Assembly (NCBI GenBank): GCA_038891615.1
Contig: JAWADY010000003.1
Span: forward strand, 70,977-134,976
DNA from: Candidatus Woesearchaeota archaeon
Lineage (GTDB): Archaea > Nanobdellota > Nanobdellia > Woesearchaeales > ARS49
Direction: 5' to 3'
Length of the DNA: 64,000 nucleotides
Below, piece after piece: positions 1 through 10,973 of the stretch (its first letter is position 1; each line of letters opens with the position of its first letter). Below the pieces are notes generated by a model, which saw nothing but the letters and a program-made list of their open reading frames with translations, was not told the DNA's origin and made no database searches. The position numbers and the translations under genes were made by a program.

Positions 1-609
1 TTAAAGTCCCATGGCTACAAAAATTTAATTGTTATTAATGATGGAAGCACTGACAGAACTGCTGAGATTGCAAAGGAGGCAGGGGCAATTGTTTTGGAGC
101 ATGTGGTAAACCGTGGACAAGGGGCCGCTCTAAGAACAGGGATTGATTTCGCGCTAGCGCATGGGGCTGATATTATAGTAACCTTTGATGCTGATGGGCA
201 ACACGATCCTTCTGACATTCCATCCCTCATTGCTCCTATTGCGAGTGGAAAAGCAGATATCTCTCTTGGTTCAAGGTTCCTTGGCAAGAAGTCAAATGTT
301 TCATTTGCAAAAAAGCTCGTGTTGAAAGCAGGCGCTGTTTTTTTAATGGCTATGTATGGCGTAAGATTGACTGATAGTCACAATGGTTTGCGCGCAATGT
401 CTGCAAGAGCTGCTAAAGCACTTGAGCTATGTTCTGACAAAATGGAACATGCTTCAGAGATAATCGAAAAAATTGCCACAAAAAAACTTCGTTATGTCGA
501 AGTTCCAGTAACTATAAAGTACACCTCTTATGCGCTAGCAGATGGCCAAAGCCCTCTTGCAGCCATTAAGATAGCATTTAGGATGCTTGTCAACAAACTA
601 CTAAGGTGA
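1..609 (+). CDS. GT2 polyprenol-phosphate glycosyltransferase (DPM1-like), 5'-partial
   Basis: Frame open from base 1 (…IVINDGSTD…); NRGQGAAL, TFDADGQH and LTDSHNGLRA motifs. Confidence 0.9.
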   Translation, partial: LKSHGYKNLIVINDGSTDRTAEIAKEAGAIVLEHVVNRGQGAALRTGIDFALAHGADIIVTFDADGQHDPSDIPSLIAPIASGKADISLGSRFLGKKSNVSFAKKLVLKAGAVFLMAMYGVRLTDSHNGLRAMSARAAKALELCSDKMEHASEIIEKIATKKLRYVEVPVTIKYTSYALADGQSPLAAIKIAFRMLVNKLLR

Positions 610-616
610 CTAAGCA

Positions 617-964
617 ATGGAAATAGTACCAATTCAGATTGTCATCATTCTGTTTGCTCTATTCGCTTTCAGTAGGGCTGTGCTAAGGCTAAAGGATAAA
701 GCTATTACAGTCGGCGAATTTATTTTTTGGAGCGCACTGTGGGGTTTTGTTATCATCCTAGCCGCGCATCCGGCTGTTGGCTCCATTTTTTCTGAAACTT
801 TTGGTGTGCGAAGAACTGTCGATTTCGTAATCTATGTTAGCCTACTTCTTTTATTTTATCTGATTTTTAGGATATATGTCAAGACCGAAAGACTTGAGCA
901 AGCCATAACAAAGCTGACAAGGGTGCTTGCATTAGAAAAAGCTGAACAAAAAAGGTTAAAATGA
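617..964 (+). CDS. DUF2304-like small membrane protein
   Basis: 3 TM segments and a C-terminal 'ITKLTRVLAL' tail; typical neighbour of DPM1-like GT2 genes. Confidence 0.75.
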   Translation: MEIVPIQIVIILFALFAFSRAVLRLKDKAITVGEFIFWSALWGFVIILAAHPAVGSIFSETFGVRRTVDFVIYVSLLLLFYLIFRIYVKTERLEQAITKLTRVLALEKAEQKRLK

Positions 965-2115
965 AAATCCTTCTTGTTAGCGAGTATTTCCCAAAGTCCG
1001 AAGATTGTGAAGTGCGGGGAGGCGCAGAAGCGCGTTGCTTTTTCATAGCAAAAGAACTGGCCAAGAGGCACAGCGTGACTGTTCTAACCTCTTGGGAAAA
1101 CGGAACTCCACGCGAGAGCTCCTTTGCAGGAATTCGCGTACTTAGGTGCGGCAAGCAACGCAGTTATTCCCAAACAGGTTCTTTTCTTGCACGCATAAGC
1201 TTTGCCCTTGAAGCAATAAGGATTGGCAAAAAGATGAAAGCAGAAATTGTTGACGCTCAGAATTTTATAAGCTATCTTCCAGCCTATTCAATTGCAAGGT
1301 CGATCGGAGCAAAGGCTGTTGCAACCTACCATGATGTCTGGGTTGGCAGATGGATAAGTAATGTTGGTCTTGTTGATGGAGTGTTGGGCGAGTTTTGGGA
1401 AAGACTGACCCTTTCAAAGCATTGGGACCATTTCATTGCAAACAGCAACTTCACAAAAACGAATCTCATCCGCGCAGGTATTCCCCCAAGCAAGATTTCG
1501 GTTGTTCATAATGGTGTAGACCTCTCACTTCATAGCAAAGTTAGAACGAGAAAGTCACCCAGCCCAACAATATCCTGTGTTGCCAGACTTGTGTCTTACA
1601 AAAGGATAGATGACTTGATTAAGGCGATTGCGCTTTTGAAAAAGGACTTTCCCAACCTAAGATGTGAAATAGTTGGCGCTGGTCCAGAAGAAGCAAAGTT
1701 AAAAAAATTAGTAAGTCAGCTTGGACTTGAAAGCAGCATTGATTTTCTTGGCACACTACCAAGCTACAAAGAAGTGCTTTCTGTCATAAAACGCTCACAC
1801 ATTCTCTGCCTTCCATCTGTTGTGGAAGGCTTCGGAATTGTGATTGTTGATGCAATAGCTTGTGGAGTACCCTATGTTGCAGCAGCCATACCACCAATAC
1901 TCGAAGTTACAGAAAATGGCAAGGCTGGGCTTCTTTTCAACCCAGCTGATCATAAGGACTTAGCACGAAAAATGAAGTCTCTGCTACTTAATAAAACGCT
2001 TTATGCAAGAAAAGTTGCTGAATCTGCCGCTCTTGCAAAGAAATACGATTGGAAAACGCTTGCAAGAGAGGTTAAATCTGTCTACGCAACAATCTTAGAA
2101 AGAAAACATTTTTAA
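961..2115 (+). CDS. GT4 glycosyltransferase
   Basis: N-terminal GGAE motif; EGFGIVIVDA (E-x7-D variant of E-x7-E). Confidence 0.9.
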   Translation: MKILLVSEYFPKSEDCEVRGGAEARCFFIAKELAKRHSVTVLTSWENGTPRESSFAGIRVLRCGKQRSYSQTGSFLARISFALEAIRIGKKMKAEIVDAQNFISYLPAYSIARSIGAKAVATYHDVWVGRWISNVGLVDGVLGEFWERLTLSKHWDHFIANSNFTKTNLIRAGIPPSKISVVHNGVDLSLHSKVRTRKSPSPTISCVARLVSYKRIDDLIKAIALLKKDFPNLRCEIVGAGPEEAKLKKLVSQLGLESSIDFLGTLPSYKEVLSVIKRSHILCLPSVVEGFGIVIVDAIACGVPYVAAAIPPILEVTENGKAGLLFNPADHKDLARKMKSLLLNKTLYARKVAESAALAKKYDWKTLAREVKSVYATILERKHF

Positions 2116-2151
2116 GCGTTGAGCAGCTTTTAGCGCTGGGGGTTCCTATCG

Positions 2152-5055
2152 ATGGGTTTAGACGACTCAAAAAACGAAGGAGATGAACTTGAACTAGACC
2201 TTAGAAATATTTTTTCTTTTTTCAAAAGCAAGCGGTCTGAGCCTAAAGAAAGCACTGTTGAAGAACATAAAAATCCTCCAACAACTCAATCTGGCTCTCA
2301 TGATTCAGAAGAGTTTTCCCTAAATCTTAGTGCAGCAGCACTTTTTTTGAAAAGGCATTACCTCTGGCTGCTTCTTCTTGTGCCAATATTTCTGAGCATC
2401 TACTTTAGAATGACTCCTGCAAGCTTGCCAATAACAGAGGAATGGGCCAAAAATAATGTTCACAATTTCATAAAGCAGGACCTCTTGAACTTTGTCAACC
2501 AAAACTATCCAAACCTTCCAATAACTAACAAGAACAGATTGATTGAAGAAGAGTTTTCAAAGGCAATTAAGCAAGATTTTTACCAGGTTAAGACAGGGCA
2601 ATATCAAGGGCAAAGCTTTAGAATAGCTGATCAGATAAAACAAAATGCCGAATTACTAAAGGAATTCTGGCAGTATGAGAGCAATGGAAAGAAATTTGTA
2701 TACATGCCAGACATAGACCCTTACACTTATTTGCGATACGCCAGAAATCTGCTTGAGAAAGGTCATGTTGGTGATGAGATAAGGAATGGTTTGGATTGGG
2801 ACAATCACATGATTGCCCCTCTTGGTGCCGGTGTTGATAAAACAGGCCATCCTTATGTTCTCCTTGCACTTTACAAGATAATTAAAATTTTTAAACCATC
2901 TGCAGACTTGATGAATGCAGCAACATATTTCCCAATCATATTCTCAACAATCTCGGTAATTCCTGCATTTTTCATTGGCAGAAAACTTGCAGGAAATGTT
3001 GGAGGTCTTTTTGCTTCTACAATGCTCGCGATACATCCAGCATTTCTAAACAGGACAACATGGGGTCATTCAGATACTGATGCATATGTTATTTTCTTTG
3101 CCTTATTTATTAGCTGGCTTTTTCTGGAAGCACTCGAAGTCAAAAAGCTGTCCAAAAAATTGGCCCTTTCTACAGGCGCGGGTGTATTAACAGGCCTATT
3201 TACTTATTTTTGGGGAGGGTGGTGGCATATTTTAGATTTTATGCTAGCCACCGCAGGTATTTATTTCTTTTATTTACTTTTCATAAACTTAAAAGCAAAC
3301 AACATCAAAAACATAGAATCTTATAAAATCCTGTTAATTGTTATAACATTTATTTTAGCAGCAATTTTTATAGGTTCAATTTTCATTGGATTTAAAGGAG
3401 TACTTTCCGCGCCGCTCGGGCCTTTTAGGTTTATGCGAATAAAAGAAGCTACAAAGTTATCTCTCTGGCCAAATGTTTATACCACAGTTGCAGAACTCAA
3501 CGAAGCCTCTTTTTCTCAGATTGTCAATGTAATTGGAGGAAAATTTCTTTTTGTACTTATTCTGGCAGGAATTGCACTTGCAGCTCTAAAACGAGATGGA
3601 CAAGGCAAACTTGATCCTAAATATCTCATTCTTTTGCTTATATGGTTTGTTGCAACAATCTATGCAAGTACAAAAGGAATAAGATTTACAATGTTAATCG
3701 TGCCTCCCCTTTCGATAGCTTTTGGAACATTTATAGGCAAAGCTTTTGAATATGCAAACGGCTTTTGTGAAAGGAGCTTACACCTTAGTAAAAAAGTAGT
3801 TGCACCAGTGCTTTTGCTTTTGTTCGCTATTGCACTCTTTAGTCCTGCAAAGGCATGGTACCAAAGCACCATAAATGACATTCCAATAGTGAACGATGCG
3901 TGGTGGAACACTCTAACAAAAATAAGGCAAGAATCCCAGCCAAATGCGATAATAAACTCTTGGTGGGACTTTGGTCACCATTTCAAATACATTGCAGATA
4001 GAGCTGTAACATTTGATGGCGCAAGCCAGAACAAGCCCATGGCTCATTGGATTGGGAAGGTGTTGTTGACCGGGAATGAAGAAGAAGCAATTGGAATTCT
4101 TAGGATGCTTGATTGTGGCAGCAACAGCGCATTCAAAGAGCTTGACAAAAAGATAAATGATGCTTCAAAAACAGTTAAGCTTCTCTACGAGCTTGTTGTG
4201 CTTGATAAAAGCGGTGCTGAAAAACTGCTTAAAGAAAATGGGCTCTTAAAAGATGAAATTCAAAATGTTTTAAGATACACCCATTGTGAGCCACCCGAAG
4301 ACTACTTTATAACTTCAGACGATATGATAAGCAAAGCTGGTGTTTGGGCTCATTTTGGAAGCTGGAATTTTGATCGCGCTGATTTATGGCTGTCACGCAA
4401 TGAGCCAAAAGAAAAATTTGTGCAAAAGGCGGTAAAAGACAACAATTACTCACAAGAAGAAGCCTTGAGATTGTACACCGAGCTTCAAGGAATAAAAACA
4501 GAACGTGAGGGTAATAGTTGGATCGCGCCATGGCCAAACTATGCTTCTGGTCTAGCAAGCTGCAGTCAAAAAAAGAACATCGTTGAGTGTAACAATGGAA
4601 TAACCATTAACCTTGAAAACTATAGCGCAACAATCCCAACAAATAATGGCATAATCCAGCCATCATCAGTTGTTTATGTTGAAGGTCCTGATGTTGTTGA
4701 AAAAAAGTTTAATACAAGTAATGACCTTTCACTGTCATTAATTCCTGTTGAGGGCGGTTATCAAGTAATTCTGATGCAGAAGGAGCTTGGGCTATCGATG
4801 TTCAACAGGCTGTACTTCTTCAGAGGTCATGGATTAAGGCATTTCAAGCTCTTTGACGCGCAGAGACAGTTAAGCGGTGGATGGATTTATACTTGGAAGG
4901 TTGATTGGGATGGTGGTGACAAGAACGAAGTTTATGTTTCTGAAAAGCAGAACAAAACTACTGAAGTTATAAAAGTTGAAGATGAACAAGAATCAACCAA
5001 TAAAAGCTCAACAAATGGAGCTGAAAATGTAACATCCACTGTATTGGTCGAATAA
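2152..5055 (+). CDS. aglB: Oligosaccharyltransferase AglB/STT3
   Basis: DIDPYTY, DTD, TVAE and the signature WWDFG motif; multi-TM N-terminal half. Confidence 0.95.
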   Translation: MGLDDSKNEGDELELDLRNIFSFFKSKRSEPKESTVEEHKNPPTTQSGSHDSEEFSLNLSAAALFLKRHYLWLLLLVPIFLSIYFRMTPASLPITEEWAKNNVHNFIKQDLLNFVNQNYPNLPITNKNRLIEEEFSKAIKQDFYQVKTGQYQGQSFRIADQIKQNAELLKEFWQYESNGKKFVYMPDIDPYTYLRYARNLLEKGHVGDEIRNGLDWDNHMIAPLGAGVDKTGHPYVLLALYKIIKIFKPSADLMNAATYFPIIFSTISVIPAFFIGRKLAGNVGGLFASTMLAIHPAFLNRTTWGHSDTDAYVIFFALFISWLFLEALEVKKLSKKLALSTGAGVLTGLFTYFWGGWWHILDFMLATAGIYFFYLLFINLKANNIKNIESYKILLIVITFILAAIFIGSIFIGFKGVLSAPLGPFRFMRIKEATKLSLWPNVYTTVAELNEASFSQIVNVIGGKFLFVLILAGIALAALKRDGQGKLDPKYLILLLIWFVATIYASTKGIRFTMLIVPPLSIAFGTFIGKAFEYANGFCERSLHLSKKVVAPVLLLLFAIALFSPAKAWYQSTINDIPIVNDAWWNTLTKIRQESQPNAIINSWWDFGHHFKYIADRAVTFDGASQNKPMAHWIGKVLLTGNEEEAIGILRMLDCGSNSAFKELDKKINDASKTVKLLYELVVLDKSGAEKLLKENGLLKDEIQNVLRYTHCEPPEDYFITSDDMISKAGVWAHFGSWNFDRADLWLSRNEPKEKFVQKAVKDNNYSQEEALRLYTELQGIKTEREGNSWIAPWPNYASGLASCSQKKNIVECNNGITINLENYSATIPTNNGIIQPSSVVYVEGPDVVEKKFNTSNDLSLSLIPVEGGYQVILMQKELGLSMFNRLYFFRGHGLRHFKLFDAQRQLSGGWIYTWKVDWDGGDKNEVYVSEKQNKTTEVIKVEDEQESTNKSSTNGAENVTSTVLVE

Positions 5056-5086
5056 AATACATGTATGAAAAGAATTTGTTTGTAAA

Positions 5087-6025
5087 ATGGTCAAGCCAAG
5101 GATTTCGATTGTAATGCCTGCACACAACGAAAGAGCCAACATTCCCCTACTCTATGCTGAGTTAAAGTCGGTCCTCGATAAAATTGGCAAACCGTGGGAA
5201 ATTATCTTAGTTGATGATGGAAGCAATGACGGAACCTTTTTTGAGGCAAAAGCTATAAATTTAAAAGACAAAAGGTTTAGGGTTGTTCGCTTCAGGAAAA
5301 ATTTCGGCCAAACAGCTGCTCTTGATGCAGGGTTTAAAGCTGCAAAAGGAGAAATAATTATCTCATTAGACGCTGATCTTCAAGACGATCCTTCAGAGAT
5401 ACCAAAATTCCTACAAAAACTTGATGAAGGTTGGGATGTTGTTTGTGGATGGAGATTCAAAAGGCACGACAGCATATCAAAGCGCCTTTTCTCAAGGCTT
5501 GCAAATCTTTTGCGAAGAATCTTTCTTGGTCCTGGAGTTCACGATGCTGGTTGTACTTTTAGGGCATACAGATCTGAAGCCTTAAAGAATTTAGCCCTTT
5601 TTGGAGAAATGCATCGCTATTTACCTTATTTATTGATGTGGAAGGGGTTTAAAGTTACAGAAATAAAAATTAACCACAGACCTCGAAGGTTTGGAAAGAC
5701 AAAGTATGGTTTAACAAGGCTTCCTAAGGGAATAATTGACATGTTCATTATGAAATTTTGGATGAATTACAGTGCAAGACCAGGGCATCTTTTCGGAGGG
5801 CTTGGTTTTTTTCTTGGCTTGATTGGTCTACTAATTGGTGGCTGGCTCGTCACAGAGAAGGCGCTTTTTGGCTCACAGCTTGCAAATAGACCGCTGCTTC
5901 TTCTTTCTGTTCTTCTTGTTGTGCTTGGGGCTCAGTTCTTCTTATTTGGAGTTCTGGCAGACATATTGGTAAAAATTTATTATAAAAACTTGACACCTTA
6001 TGAAATTGAGAAGGTGCTCAAATAA
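5087..6025 (+). CDS. GT2 polyprenol-phosphate glycosyltransferase (ArnC/GtrB-like) with C-terminal TMs
   Basis: DDGS, RKNFGQTAAL, DADLQDDP, GEMHRYLP motifs; two C-terminal TM helices. Confidence 0.9.
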   Translation: MVKPRISIVMPAHNERANIPLLYAELKSVLDKIGKPWEIILVDDGSNDGTFFEAKAINLKDKRFRVVRFRKNFGQTAALDAGFKAAKGEIIISLDADLQDDPSEIPKFLQKLDEGWDVVCGWRFKRHDSISKRLFSRLANLLRRIFLGPGVHDAGCTFRAYRSEALKNLALFGEMHRYLPYLLMWKGFKVTEIKINHRPRRFGKTKYGLTRLPKGIIDMFIMKFWMNYSARPGHLFGGLGFFLGLIGLLIGGWLVTEKALFGSQLANRPLLLLSVLLVVLGAQFFLFGVLADILVKIYYKNLTPYEIEKVLK

Positions 6026-6110
6026 GTGAGTCAAAAAATTTTTCTCTCCAACAGCCCTTTTCTATTTGAAAAGGATTGTGATTGTTTTTGGTACGAAAAG
6101 GCATTTTTCG

Positions 6111-6896
6111 CTACTTTTTGATTGCTTTTACCATCACTCCTCCTTTTTTTGTAAAAGGACATAGCGCATCAAGCTGCATAATTGAATATATCGCAAAGAA
6201 CGAAAGTTGTGCCAAAAAACTTGAGTCATACATCTCTTCTCTTGCTTTGCTAATCCTTTTGGCACCCAGAATTGCATAAAATACCTCATTTACAAGCCTG
6301 GAAAAGAAGCCATAGTATTCTATGTGCTTTGTCACTTCAAAACCATTTCTTTCAAGCAGAGCCTTTAGTTCTGGATAGCTGTAGCCAGCGCTCTTGTGGC
6401 CGATTGCCTTGAGATGTTCACTAAAGCTTATTCCAGTCAAAGACTTTGTAAGATAGTAAGGAGTTGGAACAGAGACTATAAATATTCCTCTTCTTTTAAG
6501 CACCCTTCTGATTTCACTAATTACCTTTTGGCTGTCATCCACGTGTTCGAGGACATCAAGACAGATAACTTGTGAAAATGATGAATCCTTGAAGGGTATT
6601 TTCTCTGCGTTAGCAAGAACAAATTTTATGTTTAATCCACACGCTTGGGCTGCTTTTTTTGCATATTCTAAACTTCTTTTGTTTGTGTCAAGCCCAACAA
6701 CCTCAATTCCAAGTTTTGCTAGTTCTCTGCAAAATGCACCCTCGCCACAGCCAACGTCAAGCGTTTTGCTTTTCTTTTCAACCAATTTAAAGAAATGTTT
6801 TGCCCTCAGTCGACCGCTTGGATGCGGCAGCCCAACTATTTTAAACAAAAAATCTTTTAGCTTGTTCTTTTGTGGAAAATAACCAAATGCCACCAT
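6111..6896 (-). CDS. Class I SAM-dependent methyltransferase
   Basis: LDVGCGEG, IPFKDSSF and DVLEHV motifs. Confidence 0.85.
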   Translation of the reverse strand: MVAFGYFPQKNKLKDFLFKIVGLPHPSGRLRAKHFFKLVEKKSKTLDVGCGEGAFCRELAKLGIEVVGLDTNKRSLEYAKKAAQACGLNIKFVLANAEKIPFKDSSFSQVICLDVLEHVDDSQKVISEIRRVLKRRGIFIVSVPTPYYLTKSLTGISFSEHLKAIGHKSAGYSYPELKALLERNGFEVTKHIEYYGFFSRLVNEVFYAILGAKRISKAREEMYDSSFLAQLSFFAIYSIMQLDALCPFTKKGGVMVKAIKK

Positions 6897-8564
6897 TTAT
6901 TCAAAATTTATATACCAAATGATTACTTTTCCTCGCGTTAGTTCATATTCCTTTCTGTTAGGTTGCCTGTTTTTGAGCATATCATTCAGCAGACTTTCGT
7001 TAAAGCTTCCTCCTTTCTTCATTAGGAAATAAAGAGGAACATTTCCTTGTTGAGTTTGCTGAAATGCTAGTTGCGCCAAACCATAGCTCTCTTTTATCTT
7101 ATCCCACAACTCGCTTTTTTGCATTATTGAAAATCCCCACTGATAAATAAACAACCATCTTGCTCCATTTGCTTCTTTATCCGCAAGCTCTTGTGCATCT
7201 TTTGGCAGCTTGAATCCTTTTCTGTCAGCATACCACATCAAACCGTAACCTTGACCGCTTGAGTGCATTATTTTGTCACCAGGCTTTGAATGCTCGTTTA
7301 TGTAACTTCCTGCAACGTCAAGACCAAGAAACTGAGTATCAAACAAACGGTTCTTCGCAGTCACTTCGCCTTCAACAATTCCAAACCCAAAATAAAGTAG
7401 TCCTGCAAGCGCAATAATTCCAACTGCTTTGAGGAACTTTATTTTGAAAAGGCTTGTTATGCTCGATGTTATCCCTATAATTGCCATAGACTCGAGAAGC
7501 ACAAAAACTGGTGAAGCTGGAAATTGATGATATGCGTGCCCTTCGAGGTATTTTGCGCTTATTATAAGCCAAGGGATTATGCTCAATACAAAACCAAAAA
7601 GGAATTTGTTTCCATCACTTTTGTTTTTCAGATAAAAAAATATGAGAAAGAGCAAACCCATTCCTGCGAGCAAAACTCCGAACATTGTGTAGTTGTCGCG
7701 CAAATAGGCTATTATTGGCTTCCACCATTCTGAATTAAGCAAAAGCGATGGTTTCATTCCTTCTGGAACAATAGGTACACCTAGAGCCTTTCCTAAGGCT
7801 TTGTTGTAAATGAGCCACGCAGGAATAAGTAAGAGCACGAGTCCTCCAACTAAGAACTGTTTCCAATACTGCTTTTCAACAAACCTTTTGTAAGGAAACA
7901 TGACAAGCATTGGGAAAATAATTGTAAAGTGGTCGTATCTAGATACGAATCCAATTGTAAAAGTGCTTGTTGTAAGCAACATGTTTTTCATGTTTGGATT
8001 TTCTTTCCAACAAAGGAAAAAATATCCTGATACAAGCATAAAGAACATCGCGTAAGGCTCCAACTGCACTTGCCTTCCAAAGAAAACGAACAAAGGCAAA
8101 GTGGCTGTAATAAAAGCAGCAACGAGAGCAAAATCCTCGCGTTTGAAAAGCCTTCTAACAAGCACATACATTACGACAATTGTTGCCACACTGAAAAGTA
8201 CACTAGAGAGCCTTGCAACCCTAAGGCTTTGTCCAAAAATTTTGAATAGGCCTGCCACTACAATTGAAGTTAGCGGGAATGAATCTGGATGTTCGCCATA
8301 TTTTCCTTCAGTTCCTTGGTAATAATCGTATTCCGGGACAAAAATGCCGTGCTTGAAGAACCCATCTCTTGCAAAATTCCTGGCTTCGGTCAGATAATGT
8401 GTTTCCTTCCAGTTATGATAGCCGATGACAGGATAATCAATGTGATAGCTTCTAAGGTAAAAGCCAAATATGATTATTAAACAGAGAAGAATCAAGTTCC
8501 ACCGCCTCTTTAGAAAATTGGACGCAACACTATATTGTGGTTCAATTGCACGCCCTTCTTCCAT
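6897..8564 (-). CDS. GT-C glycosyltransferase (ArnT/PMT-like)
   Basis: Multi-TM protein; early loop 'WKETHYL' and 'FGQSLRVARLSS' typical of GT39/GT83; start codon uncertain (8564 or 8585). Confidence 0.75.
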   Translation of the reverse strand: MEEGRAIEPQYSVASNFLKRRWNLILLCLIIIFGFYLRSYHIDYPVIGYHNWKETHYLTEARNFARDGFFKHGIFVPEYDYYQGTEGKYGEHPDSFPLTSIVVAGLFKIFGQSLRVARLSSVLFSVATIVVMYVLVRRLFKREDFALVAAFITATLPLFVFFGRQVQLEPYAMFFMLVSGYFFLCWKENPNMKNMLLTTSTFTIGFVSRYDHFTIIFPMLVMFPYKRFVEKQYWKQFLVGGLVLLLIPAWLIYNKALGKALGVPIVPEGMKPSLLLNSEWWKPIIAYLRDNYTMFGVLLAGMGLLFLIFFYLKNKSDGNKFLFGFVLSIIPWLIISAKYLEGHAYHQFPASPVFVLLESMAIIGITSSITSLFKIKFLKAVGIIALAGLLYFGFGIVEGEVTAKNRLFDTQFLGLDVAGSYINEHSKPGDKIMHSSGQGYGLMWYADRKGFKLPKDAQELADKEANGARWLFIYQWGFSIMQKSELWDKIKESYGLAQLAFQQTQQGNVPLYFLMKKGGSFNESLLNDMLKNRQPNRKEYELTRGKVIIWYINFE

Positions 8565-8617
8565 GCAAAAGACTTGAAGCATCATATTTATAAACTTTCT
8601 TAGGGTTACAAAAATGA

Positions 8618-9340
8618 ATGGCTAAAAAAAAGAACATTTGGCTTTCGGTTATAATTCCTGCTTATAACGAAGAAAAAAGAATTGGCAATACACTAAAGAG
8701 GATTAGTAGTTTCTTAGATAAAAAGAAGTTTAGCTATGAAATATTGGTTGTTAATGATGGTAGCAGTGACAAGACACTAGATGTTGCTTGCAGGTTCAAA
8801 AATGTCAAGGTAATAAGTTACGATAAGAATAGAGGTAAAGGCTATGCTGTAAGAAAAGGAATGCTGGCTGCAAGGGGCGACTTGCTTTTGTTCTCAGATG
8901 CAGACCTCTCTACGCCAATAGAAGAGCTTGACAGATTTTTGAGGTTTATTGATGCTTATGACATCGTGATCGCTTCGAGGGCTTTGAAAGGTGCTAATAT
9001 AAAACTGCGCCAACCATTTTATAGGGAATTTATTGGCAAGCTGTTTAATGCTCTTGTTCAGTTGCTTGTCTTACGTGGAATCAAAGATACGCAATGCGGA
9101 TTCAAGCTTTTCACAAGGTCTGCCGCAAAGAAAATATTCTCAAAGCAATGCATTAATGGATTTGGTTTTGATGTCGAGGTGTTGTATCTTGCAAGGAAAT
9201 ATAACCTCAAGATAAAGGAACTTCCTGTAACCTGGGTAAACTCTGCTGATAGCAAAGTAAGGCTTGTTCGTGATGCGATTAGGATGTTGCGCGATATGCT
9301 ACAAATAAAACTCAACGATATGTGGGGGAAATACAATTAA
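8618..9340 (+). CDS. Dolichyl-phosphate beta-glucosyltransferase (ALG5-like GT2)
   Basis: IPAYNEE, NRGKGYAVRKG, DADLSTP, DTQCGFKLF and FDVE motifs. Confidence 0.88.
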   Translation: MAKKKNIWLSVIIPAYNEEKRIGNTLKRISSFLDKKKFSYEILVVNDGSSDKTLDVACRFKNVKVISYDKNRGKGYAVRKGMLAARGDLLLFSDADLSTPIEELDRFLRFIDAYDIVIASRALKGANIKLRQPFYREFIGKLFNALVQLLVLRGIKDTQCGFKLFTRSAAKKIFSKQCINGFGFDVEVLYLARKYNLKIKELPVTWVNSADSKVRLVRDAIRMLRDMLQIKLNDMWGKYN

Positions 9341-9341
9341 A

Positions 9342-10973
9342 ATGAAGCTAAAGATTGAATGGTTTGTTTTTGCTTTTTTTATTCTTGCAGTTGTTTTTTA
9401 TCTAGGCCTTGATAAGCTGCCATTGAGCCACCCAGGTAACATAAAAGCGGCAGATCCATTCTACCATACACTTATGGTCGATGTTATTCTTGAAACAAAA
9501 CAATGGAAATACTATCCTTACTATATCTCGTATGGGCAGGAACGCGCAATTAATCAGCAACCACCACTACTTTACATGTTGTCAGCGGCAATTTCATCAG
9601 TAACCAACTTACCGAGCTGGACAGTCATTTATTTTTTTGTTTGCCTTGCAGCTGCGATTTGTGTTGTTTTGGTCTATTTGATAACAAAAGAGATTTTCTC
9701 TAACTCGAGCATTGCATTGATTGCATCAGCATTTGCACTCTTGCCGTTACCAATCAGGGTTTGGCTTTATGGGATTTATATTGGCTTTTGGATTCAGGTC
9801 GTCGCATTTGTTTTTGTTCTTGCTTTTTTCTGGCTTTTCATAAAGTGGCTAAAGGAAAACAAAAATTGGCAACTTTTTGGAATGTCAATAAGTACGGCAG
9901 CAGTCATGCTAAGCCATCCACAGGACCTTCTTCTTTTAGCGCTTCCTTCTCTTTTTATCATATATAGAATATTCAAGCTGCATGGATTTAAAGAAAAAGT
10001 TACAAATGTGCTAAGCTTTGTCATTCCTTCTGGACTCACTTTTTCTATACTTTTGCCTTGGTTCCTTTATGTCTGGAGCAGTGGTGGCGGTGGCTATAAG
10101 CCCGGATTTTATGGAATCCGTGACATGTTTCCAAAAAGCTATCTGGGTGGTTTAACGACCCCACACATATCCTTTCTTCCTGTGGGAGTACTAGTGCTTT
10201 TTGTAATAGGAGGGTTGCTTTTGCTGTTAAACTTCAAAAAGCAAAAGCTTTGGATAGGCTTAACTGCACACTACTTTTTTATGACATACTTTTTGCCTTA
10301 TTTCCTTTACAGTCCGTATTATCTTGGACGTGCGAGAGCACTTGCAATATTTTTTGTATTTCCAACTGTTGCTTATGCAATTTATTATGGCATTGCGATG
10401 CTGTCAAACAAGTTAAGAATAAGCAGCTTGCTCATCACGATTCCTGTCTGCATTTTAGTCATTGCCCTTGGTTTCCTTCAATACGGCGAGTTAACAGAAG
10501 CCTTGAGATATGAACACATAACAAAAGAGAAATGGGGTGCTTATAAATGGATTCAGCAGAACACTCCAAAAAACGCAACGATTTTTGTATTAGAAGGGGG
10601 ATACCAGGCAAACGCAGTGATGATGAAAAGGAAAGCAGCAATTGTCGAGCTCGAAGAGTTTGTTTCTAAGATGCAAGAATATATAAATAATAACACCTTT
10701 CCTTTAACTTATAAGTTTTCCTGGGCAGCAGATACGCTTTGGGATTTTCCTGCGATGGCGGTTTCTCCTTTTAAGTTTGTAAAATGGGAAAAGGAGACGA
10801 TACGCAAAGGAGGGTTTGCAAACATTTTAGATTTTGACTACATTTTTCTTCATGGCTGGAACATAGATATCGAGCAGTTAAATAAAAAAATTATAGAAAA
10901 ATTAAGCGAGCACAATTATACGCAGGTTTATAATAAAGGAGGGATAATTATACTAGGTAAACATGGCGCTTAA
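9342..10973 (+). CDS. Multi-TM membrane protein, probable GT-C fold glycosyltransferase
   Basis: 'ADPFYH' first loop, QPPL, ~12 TMs and a C-terminal 'WIQQNTPKNA' soluble domain as in STT3/GT-C relatives. Confidence 0.6.
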   Translation: MKLKIEWFVFAFFILAVVFYLGLDKLPLSHPGNIKAADPFYHTLMVDVILETKQWKYYPYYISYGQERAINQQPPLLYMLSAAISSVTNLPSWTVIYFFVCLAAAICVVLVYLITKEIFSNSSIALIASAFALLPLPIRVWLYGIYIGFWIQVVAFVFVLAFFWLFIKWLKENKNWQLFGMSISTAAVMLSHPQDLLLLALPSLFIIYRIFKLHGFKEKVTNVLSFVIPSGLTFSILLPWFLYVWSSGGGGYKPGFYGIRDMFPKSYLGGLTTPHISFLPVGVLVLFVIGGLLLLLNFKKQKLWIGLTAHYFFMTYFLPYFLYSPYYLGRARALAIFFVFPTVAYAIYYGIAMLSNKLRISSLLITIPVCILVIALGFLQYGELTEALRYEHITKEKWGAYKWIQQNTPKNATIFVLEGGYQANAVMMKRKAAIVELEEFVSKMQEYINNNTFPLTYKFSWAADTLWDFPAMAVSPFKFVKWEKETIRKGGFANILDFDYIFLHGWNIDIEQLNKKIIEKLSEHNYTQVYNKGGIIILGKHGA